DNA of 64,000 nt from NCBI GenBank assembly GCA_043228905.1, contig JBHGNT010000004.1, forward strand, positions 5,704,001 to 5,768,000. The letters run 5' to 3'. Within the stretch, counting starts at the first letter, position 1. Every line of letters begins with the position of its first letter. Of the stretch, positions 1-12,000 are shown in pieces. Below the pieces are notes generated by a model, which saw only the letters and a list, made by a program, of their open reading frames with translations, was not told the origin of the DNA and did not search any database. Source of the DNA: Azolla caroliniana. Its lineage: Eukaryota; Plantae; Polypodiophyta. Both the position numbers and the translations under genes were made by a program.

Positions 1-6
1 GCTTAC

Positions 7-3000
7 CAAGAAGGAGTTTTTGATGCTGTAGCCAAATACTCGTACTACAAGAGTCACAAGAATAGTCTTTGTGACGATCACAAGGATAACAGAAGCCAAT
101 AATATATCCATGTGGCTCAGTAAGAACTGCACATTTATGAGCATCCCAATGCTAGAGAGAAAAAGAGCAGCAAAGAGATTTCGAATTGGCTCCACCTTTT
201 CAATCAACAAGAATTACGGTTAAGCAGTGGAACTTCCAGAATGATTTTGCAAAATGAACTTAATGCAGGTAGAGATTAGACGAGGATAGCCATGAATTAT
301 AATCAAAATTCAACTTCACAAACCTGAGGTTATAATATTTTTCTATAACTGTCTTTCAAATGGTTAAAAAATCAAAAGCTGCTTTCCTTAAAACAAGAGA
401 TCATTTGCCTATGCGTTGGTGAATTAAGATTGATAAAGTAGAGATAAAATGAGAGCAATATTCAAGCGAAAGCAAGTAAGAATAATAATTATCATATCAT
501 TACAAAAAGTAAAGTTAAAAGTAAAACAAAAAGGCAGCTTAAAAGACCCTATTAATAACCAGATCAGAAAACCATAAGAGGAATAAAAACAACAAGAATT
601 ATTAGGCAATGAAGAACTGCAGTAATCACTCTAAAAAAACATCCCTCATGGAGAGAATTGCTTTGATGGTTTAACATAACAGCTAAGCATAATTTCAAAA
701 CGTTCACAGCACTACAATGATTGCCTAACCCTCAATAGATAAAAGAGACCATTAACAGTCAGATGATTCAGCATAGACTACATGGTTCTCAAAAGAAACA
801 GGACTTGTTTCTGGCGCACTGAGTTTTAAGCAAGGGCTACACAAATGGGCTCCCAACCAGGATATTGCAAAGGGTTACAATAGATTGAGAAATAGCAATT
901 TGTCATGCACGTAGGCCTCAGCCTCATGGACCATGATCTCATCACCAATGTCATCGACAGATAAAGGCCATTATCTCCCACCATTGCAGGTGCTTCCCTC
1001 ACTTCAGAGCCCTCTACATTCTGGATCAACCAGTGCTAGAGATCTTTGGAAGATAAAATTCACAATATATCTGATTTGGACTCTTGCATCTATAGATGAC
1101 GAGATTCTTCAGTCATAGTCTATTTCAATTTACTTTTTTGTTTAGTTACATTTGTTTATTTTGGTTTGTTCTTTATGAAGGGCAAGACAACATTTTATGA
1201 TGTAATCTCTTGTTTGGTCTTATTGGCCATTTTGGCCTCTTAAAAGAAGTTAATATATCTTACTTTCTTTCCTTCTTTCATTTCTTGCTCCCACTGTTAG
1301 GGTCTAGGGTTCAGGTTTGGTGCTACAATCTATTTGACATAGATTACACATATCCTTGAACATTGATGCCAACTAAATATGAGGGCTGGATGTTGCTTGA
1401 ATAGCTTTGCTCAAACTGTGTAGTGTGTTATCCATGGGACAAAGGAAAAAGGTGTGAAAAGGATTGAGAAGGACAAGTACGAAAGGGACGCATAGGACAA
1501 ATGTGAAAACAGGTAAAGAAGCCGAGCACTAACAGCCAAAGAACAGGCAGCCAAAGGTAGAGGTTGATTATCAGGATGAAGTAGCTGGAACATGCTAAGC
1601 GGTAAAGAAGCTATATAATCATGAAGTGGCGAACACAGGAGGGGACGGAAGATATCATATAGGAATCCCAAAAGTCGACAGAGCTAGTTCTAGATTAGTG
1701 CTGTGTGAGTGAGTGTCTCCGACTCTAGTGGGTCGTGTACTATTATTGTATTGCATGCTAGTAATCGAGTACATATACTTGTGGGTCAATCTCTGTGTCT
1801 GTCTCGTTTTCAATTTATCTCTACTTATTGCTGTTCGGTCTATAAGACGTAATTATGAATCGGTTGTAGCGGATTCTCTGAGTGTCAATCGCAATGGGGT
1901 GTAACGGTTCAACCCCTACTCGGATCCCCTAGTTTCTTACGCACGACGATTCCTTGACCTGATTACTCAGGAGGAGCAATCAAAGGTGTTCTCCAGGAGG
2001 GACTAACACAATTTGGCACGCCCGGTTCATGTTGTGAGGTCACAGCGAACATCGCGTAGGAGAAACCCCAGCTGCCATAACGGCACCCACATGAGGCACA
2101 CGCACTCAGCTACCATCCCGATGAGCCGCACAAGCGGAGGGCACTTTGGAGTCAACCCTCACAGAGCAATCACCGCCGCCGGCCTCCGACGCCCAATCCG
2201 GTGTGGGTCCTGACCCCATCTCACCTCACAGCCCCCCCGAAGTCAACCAAGCAGAAGACAACCCCTTTCCGGCACCTACCCGAAGACCCGAACGTCGACA
2301 CAATGCCGTATCCGTATTAGCGATATATCAATGGCACTGATGCGGAGTCGCACATTAGATCCTTCGTGTCTACACGGCAAGCCGACCATTCGATGCAGCA
2401 CTTGACCGTTGCCGAGGCTGAGTCTTCCAAAATCGCAAAGTTCACCTTGTCCCTCGATGAACCTGCAACGCACTGGTACTCCCGGCACGATTTCAAGACG
2501 TCCGCGATCATTTCCTCTGCCTTTTCCATTGGGAGATACCCAAGCGGGAACTGCTCCGCCAATTCTACGCTATCACACAAGAGCCCCATGAAACGGTTCC
2601 CCAATTTACGATCCACTTTCAGGATCTATACCGTCAGCTTGCTCAAGATGTCTCGGCGGACCATCTAAAAGACACATTCCTCACGGGATTACACAAGCCT
2701 CTTCGCACGACGTTAGCCCTTGTCGACTTATCTCAGCAAATGATTGAGCAAGTCGTCGACCAGGTCCTCCCCATAGACAGGGCTCAAAACAACAACTCCT
2801 TTTCCATGAGTTCGCTCCAAGGCGCTTTGCCAACAAACAAAGACCCCTAATTTCGGCAAGCCATACACTGTACTACATGCTTGAATCCCAGCCACTCGGC
2901 AGTAGACTGCGGTCTCCGCCCACACTGCCCGATATGCAATTCTCATGCTCACACAGTGGAGCAATGTCAATACAATATGCTAAACCGCACAGCCGCCGCT

Positions 3001-6000
3001 CCGGTCCGATAGATCGGGCCCCGCAATGATCGTGCCCGACATGATGATCACGCCAGACTGCTGCCTCTATTTCAGGACGCCAAGAGACCTCGTTACGACG
3101 GCCACAGGAGGATCGCTATTGGCCACAGAAGATCGTTGTCGGCCAAGGAAGGACCGTTTATCGGCCAAGGAAGACTACTACCGTTACAACTACGACCGTG
3201 ACGACGACTATGAGCCGAGATACCACCCCGACCAAAGGCAAGAAAGACGGTATCCCCCTCATCATCGGGGTCTGAATAATCGCCATACACTGTACTACAT
3301 GCTTAAATCCCAGCCACTCGGCAGTAGACTGCGGTCTCCGCCCACACTGCCCGATATGCAATTCTCGTGCTCACACAGTGGAGCAATGTCAATACAATAT
3401 GCTAAACCGCACAGCCGCCGCTCTGGTCCGATAGATCGAGCCCCGCAATGATCGTGCCCGACATGATGATCACGCCAGACTGCTGCCTCTATTTCAGGAC
3501 GCCAAGAGACCTCGTTACGACGATCGCTATCGGCCACAGAAGATCGCTATCGGCCAAGGAAGGACCGTTTATCGGCCAAGGAAGACTACTACCGTTACAA
3601 CTACGACCGTGACGATGACTATGAGCCGAGATACCACCCTGACCAAAGGCAAGAAAGACGGTATCCCCCTCATCATCGGGGTCTGAATAATCGCCAACAA
3701 GGTAATAATCGAAGCCCCCCGGACAATCGGCGCCATGAACAACCACGGATGGATCATCGTCGCCTCCCTCCCCATACAAAGCTCTGGGATGATCACCGCC
3801 GAGCGCAGCGATACAATGCGCCGCCCCGTGAAGACCCTCCCAGACAATCTCAATCGGCTCCACTCGAACAAGGGGAGTCGCACAAACCTGTGTCGGTCAC
3901 GTGCTTCTACTGTAACCAACCGGGGCACTATGCGACACAATGTCTGGCCAATGATCGAGGCAAAGGCTCCGCGGTCAACACAGCTAACACAAGCCACCAA
4001 GGCACCGGAGCCGGTGGAAGATATTACCATCCATGGACGCGAAAAACCAACCGTCCCGGTGGAAAAGCCCCAACCAACCCTGCAGTGCCCTTGACGAAAA
4101 CTCCGGGAGGAGACGCGGAAACCCTCTGGCGAGAACAAGTAACAATCCTCCGGCGATCGGCCAAGAGAGTAATCCTCTAATGTCCAGAAGGCGTCAGCAC
4201 AACCAAGCCTGGCTAAGAAGCGCCGCCAGCTACACAAATGCAGCTAAGATAAAGAAATGGACCATCCCTCGGCGGACACACTTCAAATGGTCATCGCACC
4301 AGCCAAAACCGTGGCCACCGTCCCCAACAAGGCTCTGTCCTTGACAGGCAACGTAGAATAGGGCCAAGCGTCCCCAATCTCAAAGGACAAAGAGTTGGCC
4401 TATAGGGACCTGCCGGCCGAGGCTTATGAGCTCGGTATGATTTTGCAGCACGGCACTTCATACGAGCTCATCGATTCCAGGTCGCAGCCGCGGCACACAT
4501 GGCGGAAGAACATGCAGAAAAGCAGATGATTCAGCGAGCTCTCGCAGGAGAACGCGAGTCAGACAAAGAACCAACGCTACAGAAAATGGACAGAAAACGG
4601 CAGAACAAGACTTGCCGCCTCCTCATCGAGTTGCTGGAATTGAACACAGCCCTGGTAGAAGCCTTCCGGGAACTGGACAAAATGATCCACGCGGCCCAGG
4701 ATATGGCCATACGTAGCAAAACGGTGCACAAGCAAGCAAAGACGGCGATGGAGTTGTGGCAGGCTTCGGAAAACCGAATAACCGAGCTCGAACAAAGCTC
4801 CAGGAAAGTGGATGTTTAGGGCAAAATGACCCTCTCGCCCTCCCCAACCCTACTCAGGTGGATGCTTCTACACAGGTTAGTCCACCTATCCACCAGGACG
4901 AAGAAACTCCCGTTTCGATCACCACCACCGAACACAACACACCCCTACCCTCCGACACGACAGTGGTCCCGCCACCACACTATGAAGAACCAGCAGCCCA
5001 AACGGCGATTGCCGAGAAGGCCAAGGAGGAATCAGACCGCATCTGCAAGCAGGCTCAAAAACGAGAAGCCGAATTACAGCACCAGCTATTGCGCGAATTG
5101 GAGAGCAAAAAGTACGCATTGGCAAAGTTCCTCCACGAGCTGCAGACCACACAGTGCAAAGAGATTGGGGGCGGTACCAGCAGGAGATGGAAGAGGAAAA
5201 GACTTGGCTCATCCGAAAATATGAACAGCATGCGGAGGTTATGGAGAAAAAGGTAGAAGGAATAAGCACTTCGTACCAACTTGCCAGCTCGAACTCGACG
5301 CCGCAACCGCCAAAGAAGCAATGAACACTCTCCGTGTCAAGTATGAAATGGGCGAAGAGCGAGTGAAGGCTTTAGTGGCAAAACACCGACGGAAGCTGAA
5401 GCAGAAGGTCGAAGAGGCACTAGCTCGTGGTTGGAACGAGTGGTCGGCTCAAGCAGCCGAGTTACAGATCTTCCCAGCAGATGCCAAGAATCGGAACGAG
5501 GGCCGCAGATTCTTCAAAATGGACAAGAATAGCATTCAGGTGCTTAGAGAAGACCTCACCGAGGAGTTCTAAGCCCTGGCTCAGATGCACACCACGGCGA
5601 TTGGGACCCTCCTTGAGGAATTCAACGACAATCAACTACTTCTCGCCATTGAAGCGGATGGGTACGAACACGAGCGCCTCCAAGCCGAGAAGGAAGCACT
5701 GGCCTCTACAAAAGCAACAGCAGAAGTCTTGCCTGAAAACACAACACAGGAACTGCACATTGAAGAGCTGATAACTGAGGAAAGGCGAGGCCAAGATCAA
5801 GACCAAGAGCCAGAGACAGGGTCGGCACAAGAGGAGGAATCTAAGGAGGAGAATGTTCGGCAAGACGAGGAAACCCCACAACAACAAGAACCAGCACAAG
5901 CGACCATCCTGAAGAATAAAGCACACGAGCAAAGGGCCGATCTTTCGGCCGACCTCAAACCAGATGAGTCAGAACAAGCAGAGGGCATCACGTCCATTTT

Positions 6001-9000
6001 GAAGAAGGAATAATGTACTATAAAAAAAATTCAATTCTTTCAATTCTTTCAGGTCGCAATATGTACCAGTTTTTCAATTTTTGGTCAATTTTCGGGTTCG
6101 ATGTGCAAGACACTGTCCCACGGGCGTGCCAGGTGTTATCCGTGGGACAAAAGGAACAAGGTGTGAAAAGGATCGAGAAGGACAAGTACGAAAGGGACAC
6201 ATAGGAAAAGTTGGAAAACAGGTAAAGACACCAAGCACTAACAGCTGAAGAACAGGCAGCCGAAGGTAGAAGCTGATTATCAGGAGGAAGTAGCTGGAAC
6301 ACGCTAAGTGGTAAAGAAGCTATAAAATCATGAAGTGGCAAACACAGGAGGGGACGGAAGATATCATATAGGAATCCCCAGAGTCGACAAAGCTAGTTCT
6401 AGATTAGTGCTGAGTGAGTGAGCGTCTCCGACTCTAGTGGGTCGTGTACTATCATTGTATTGTATGCTAGTAATCGAATACATATACTTGTGGGTCAATC
6501 TATGTGTCTGTCTCGTTTTCAATTTATCTCTTCTTATTGCTGTTCGGTCTGTAAGACATAATTACGAATCCGTTGTAGTGAATTCTCTGAGTGTCAATCG
6601 CAAGGGGGTGTAACGGTTCGACCCCTACTCGGATCCCCTAGTCTCTTACGCACCACGATTCCTTGACCCGATTACTCAGGAGGAGTAATCGAAGGTGTTC
6701 TCCAGGATGGACTAACATAGTGGACTAAGAAAGTCTTTTATTTTAGAACATCCTAAAGGAAGTAAATTAGAGCTTTTCTTTATATCTTTGTGTTGTCCTA
6801 TTTAAGACATTATGTTATATCATATTATGATGGCTTTCTTCTTTAGGGGTAAAAATTGTACACTGTTATGAGGTAAAGGATTCATTAAGTATATCAGAAA
6901 GATATCCCAACCAGCTCAAATATTTTATAATTTTGTAAGTATCTTTAAGATGTGTGTTTTCACCATGACCCCATATTGTGAGATGGCATAAATCATATGG
7001 TGAGAAAGTATATCATTGATCAAATTCACATTCACTTATCTCTTTGACTCATTACACTAAAGATTAAGAATCGGCATATACAGTGATTAGTAAAATCCAA
7101 AGAGGATAAATGATCGCAAACACAGGTGAATGCCATAATTTCACTTTCTAATGGATCTATCACCATTAAGATCACTTACTTGTTGCAGTGTATGTTCTGC
7201 AAAATCGGTGGTTGAAATCATGACACCAGCTACGAAGGAGCCTAATTCGAGACTCAAACCCAACTTATCACTGCACTGGAGTAGCAAATGAGACATAAAC
7301 AAGAATTCAAATTGCTAGAGTGCTTTTAATAGGTATTATGGACTTCATAATTAAAATTACAAATAGACAATTTTGAAAGGACAATGGGCATACCCAAGCT
7401 ACCGCTAGGCAGAATGCTACTGAAGCCAGCTGATATAACTCATTTGTCTGCACATTTAACCAAGGATAATTATGCATAACACTTCAAGGAGGAGTCATGA
7501 AAATATTGTTTCCATGCTTTCACAATTCATAATCACTGACAAAAGTTGAACCTAATGAGTGTAGTTGAACTGTACAACCTAGATTCTCTTACAAATGTTC
7601 CAACTCAAAATGACGAAATTTAGTTCAATGGCTGTTGTGTCCACTCATGAAATCTAAATTTTCATGGGTAAACCTAAAAGAGAAAAATCCTGAGCCCACA
7701 ATCTGATAATGCATAAAACTGATAAGTTTGTGAGAAACCTAAGAATTATGATCTCTTCATCTTCTCAATTTGAGAGATAGAGGAGTTACCTTTACGTCTC
7801 CTCTGATGTTCTAGTTCTGTCACTGAAAATTGTTAATTTTCATCTTCTTTTTTCTTTATGCCCTTTTTATTTGCTTCCCATAACTCTTCAAAATCAAGCA
7901 AGACGACATTTAGTGGCCACTGTGGAATGACCAATGACCAAAGATCCTTAGAGAAACAGAGCAAAAAGGCTGGCAGGCCCCAAGATCAGCATATGTTTGA
8001 TCTAGTAAGCATTAAGTTCCAATGTGTGTGTCTGTCCAATTGTAAAAGGTATTCCTTATAATGTCAATAGCATTCAAACAAACCTCTTTTGATGTAGAAC
8101 CCAAATTTCAGCTCTATAACTAACAGAGAGTAATTTTAGATTCCAGAAATATGTAAGTTTGATAGTTGATTTGCTCTCTTCTTTGCTATGCTAGAGAGGA
8201 TATTGGAAGCTCTACATGCAGGTTTGGGTTGCTGAAATAGGCTTAAGTGATTGGGACCTATCTTATTGTATCCTCTTCTATTGATTATTAATAAAACTAT
8301 ATTGAATGCTGCCTCCACTATATGAGAGTTCCTGTATTTTAGCTTATTTCATGGTTTACCATTCTCTGGAATTTTTACAGCCCATTTTCAAGATCTTTTA
8401 AACCTTTATATACGGGCTATGTAGATACTCCTTAAATTTCACATCTACACAAAGGAAAGCACATCTTTTCAATCAGACCACAGAGTAAATCATAAGCAGT
8501 TGAGAGAGAACACCTAAGAGGTTGCATCAGATTTACATTTCCATATTCACTCATAGTGCACAAACACCCAATGTACATCCAGCATAAAAAGAATGCAAAA
8601 ATATTTATATACACATAAAACAAATGTAAGAACAAAAAACTTTAAGAAATTATTCAATAGAAAATGGGACAAGATAAGTACACCACATATGTCTAAAAGT
8701 CCAAAGAATCAAACTTACCTGTTGAGAAGAAAGTCGCATCATCAACTTCAAAAACCGTGGCACAAAGGATTTCGAAACAATCATTGAGAAAGAAAGAAAT
8801 ACAACAAGAAGTAATAACCTGTCATTTAAAGAGAAGAAAATAGATCAGAAAGTGTAATAATTTTATAAATTACATTCTTCATTCCAATTAACAAACAGTA
8901 AAATCCCAAAGCTGAATATATTAAAGATGCGATTGAGCTGGATATCCTTCACAGATCTAACAGTTGAAACCCAGTACCTTGCCTGTTACTAAATAACGGA

Positions 9001-12000
9001 TGCTTTATTACATCTCAAGAGTGCATATTGTTCATCAACATAGGCAATGAAAAATGTGTTCAGTCGGGACATCTTTGTTACAAACACCACTAGTTGGCAT
9101 TGTGTCATGTTATTGCTCAGAACAATATTTTTCAACATGATTCCATGGCAGCCACTAGCAGATTAGGAAGAAGCTATTCATAGCTCATCCCTATGTGGAC
9201 CAAATGTTAACAGCTACTTCAGCAAAAACTTCAAGAGATGGGAGGAAGTACAAGATTTGTTCTTGACTCGAGCATAGAGTTTGTATTCTACAGGGTGTTA
9301 ATAACCCTAAAGATATTATCTTATTCAACATCTTTAAGGATTCTTACATATAACCCGACAAGATCAACAGCACTGTGACAAGCATTTCAATTCAACTGAA
9401 ACACACAGAATAGCTGAAACACCTGAAACATCAAGTAAATTGGCTTGCATAGACACAGACCCAAGAGTCTTGAGTCACAATTGTGTGCACAGCAATTATA
9501 CAAATCATAGTACGTAATATTTGCATTCGTTAGCCCAAATATTCGTTTTCATGCGTTTGAAAACGAATGCGTATGTTATTAAAACATTCTTGTGTTTTTT
9601 TTTACACTTTTTACCTTAACTTTCTTACCCTAAAAAAATTAACTTATAATAAATAATGAGTGCAAAAGTATGGTATTTACCATACTTCGAAGGTGTTTTT
9701 CATAATCAAATGATAAGAATGTTCGCAAATGCGAATGCACAAATGGTACGTATGCTTCATACTATGATACAAATACTATGTGCAAATAACAAGGATAAAG
9801 AGGCAAATTTTATTATATCCAAATCATGGCTAGTTAATCAGCATCTCGTAAAAAACTGAATTATCTAAATACAATCACTAATAAATAATGACAAAAAAAA
9901 AGCTTAGATGCGATGCACCCTTTGTCACATTAGAAAAGCCTGCAAGGATACTAGAGAAACTTACGATCTGAGCATTGAAATAACTCCATAGAAAACTCCA
10001 CTAGCACCTCCAAGCACGGGTAACAGTGCAAACAGCAGACCAACACAACAATCCTGTTAACCAAACCCAATCTTAACCTTTAACCAATGGGAAGAAAGCC
10101 ACTAGATATGCATTGAATTTAGGAACGAAAGATGCCTGCAATATAAGAGTCCCAATTGTAATCTGTCCATGAAGTGCATTTACACTGTTGCGTTCCATTA
10201 GAAATTTTAGAACCTGAAATAAGATATTAAAAAGACAATCTCAATCATATCCGCATGACTACAATAACCCATATAATCACCTTCTATGTATCCAGAGTGG
10301 CCTCTACTTCAAACTGCCTCAATAAACCTGGTGACATTAAAACTACCAAAGTAACCCCATCACACATATCCAAGCCTCAATGACAGCTGCATATGTCTGC
10401 AACTTACGAGATTATCCCCCGTCTACTATAGAAGTGCATATATTACTAAGCATCCCAGAATAGACCAGCATTCTCATATAGTGTCCAAAAGAAATGAGAA
10501 TATAGCATTACTTATCACCTAACCATATCATTCTAGATTTTCGTCATTTACAAAATCATCACTACTTCTAGTCTCCTCATTATTCTTACTGTGCATAGGC
10601 ATTACTAAAATGTCAAAAAGCCTGCCTCCTAGAATTGGAAATAATAAATCAATTGATGAGTTGCTATAATATAGACTTGGGCTCAAGGTAAAAAATAATG
10701 AGTCTCTCAAAAATACTAAACATAAATTGTTGGGCAAAAAGATACAAAACCTTGAAAGTGTATCCAATAATATCGATGCTTCAAAATGTCCAATTATGTA
10801 AATTATTTTTGTCCAATACCAGTCATTGTTTCTTAATATAAAATTGGACAAATATTCCAAAAATATGTCAAAAGATAGCCAAACCTTTTCAAGATCATTC
10901 AAAATAATTGTCATTGGGCTAAAATATGTCTTGACTTTTTCCCTTCTTGGGCTGAACTTGTACCTCATGCATATCATTCTCTCTTATTTACTTTTATATT
11001 TACTGTGTAATATTTATTTTATTTTGATTTGTTCTCAAAGACGAGACAACACTTAAGATGTAATCTCTTGTTTGGTCTTATAGGCCATTTTGGCCTCTTA
11101 AAAGACGTTAATATATCTTTCTTTCTTCTTTCTTTCTGAGCAATTAAGCTGTAATTTGCAAATTTTGCTTTCTTCAGGATGCTTTATTTTTTTAATATAC
11201 AAATTGGATACTGTGATGCGACAATGTCAATACAGCAATAATTAAATCCAAAACTGCTCCCAAAATATAAGCACATACACACAAAGAAAAAGTTATTGGC
11301 AAAATATAAACCTGCATTATGTAGTATCTTACATATCAATAGTAATTATTTAATCTAAATGCATTTATGTTCAGAAGCAAATTGAAGGATATGCCAGTAT
11401 ACTTCATTCCATCATACCAAAAATTTAATTAACAAAGACCAGGAGGGCTTACAACTGCTGTAGAAGAGATTGACAAGAAAGCCCCTACAAAGATTCCCTC
11501 TGTTGTTTTCCCTCCACATAGCTACATAGCAGAAAATGGTGAGTGAGTTTTGATTGCACTTTATATCTAATCCCCACAAAATGTTAAACATCAGATATTG
11601 CCACTACCAGTGCTGTTATACCACACAGGCACATGAAGAGAATAATCTGCAGAAGGCCCCCAAAGATTGCCACAGCCCGCACAACCCTTAACTGTATGGC
11701 AGTATGCAAAAGAAAATTAACAAAAAGCACAAGTCATAATTATCCTACTATGTACTCCACCATACTTCTATGCAATGTTATACTCTACAAATGCATCTTT
11801 TTCTTTTTCATACTGACATGTCACATTCATGATTATAGTACATTATATATACATTTTATATATATGTGGTTTCCAAAAGAAACATTCCAATATGTAGACC
11901 TGACAAATGAGCATGAACTAAACAAGATCACAAAAAATAGTACAATGAAATTTGAGGTATACATTTCATGGATACATTCCATTGGAAGAAAAAACAAGAA

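Larger units (their letters stand above)
1426..6717 (+). mobile_element. Non-autonomous Ty3/Gypsy LTR retrotransposon (Tat/Ogre-like, tRNA-Arg PBS) in KEA intron 15
   Basis: Direct LTRs 1426-2008 and 6134-6717 (TGTTA...TAACA); perfect 5-bp TSD TAGTG (1421-1425 / 6718-6722); PBS TGGCACGCCCGGT at 2014-2026; degraded gag with CCHC knuckles; no recognisable PR/RT/RH/INT; fragmented coiled-coil ORF in the 3' half. Confidence 0.93.

Noticed and set aside
6615-6625. B-box-like GGTTCGACCCC in the Tat-like LTR (also ~1906)
   Set aside because: No convincing A box at the right spacing; sense orientation in U5; may just be part of a local hairpin, so not counted with the two tRNA-derived LTR modules.
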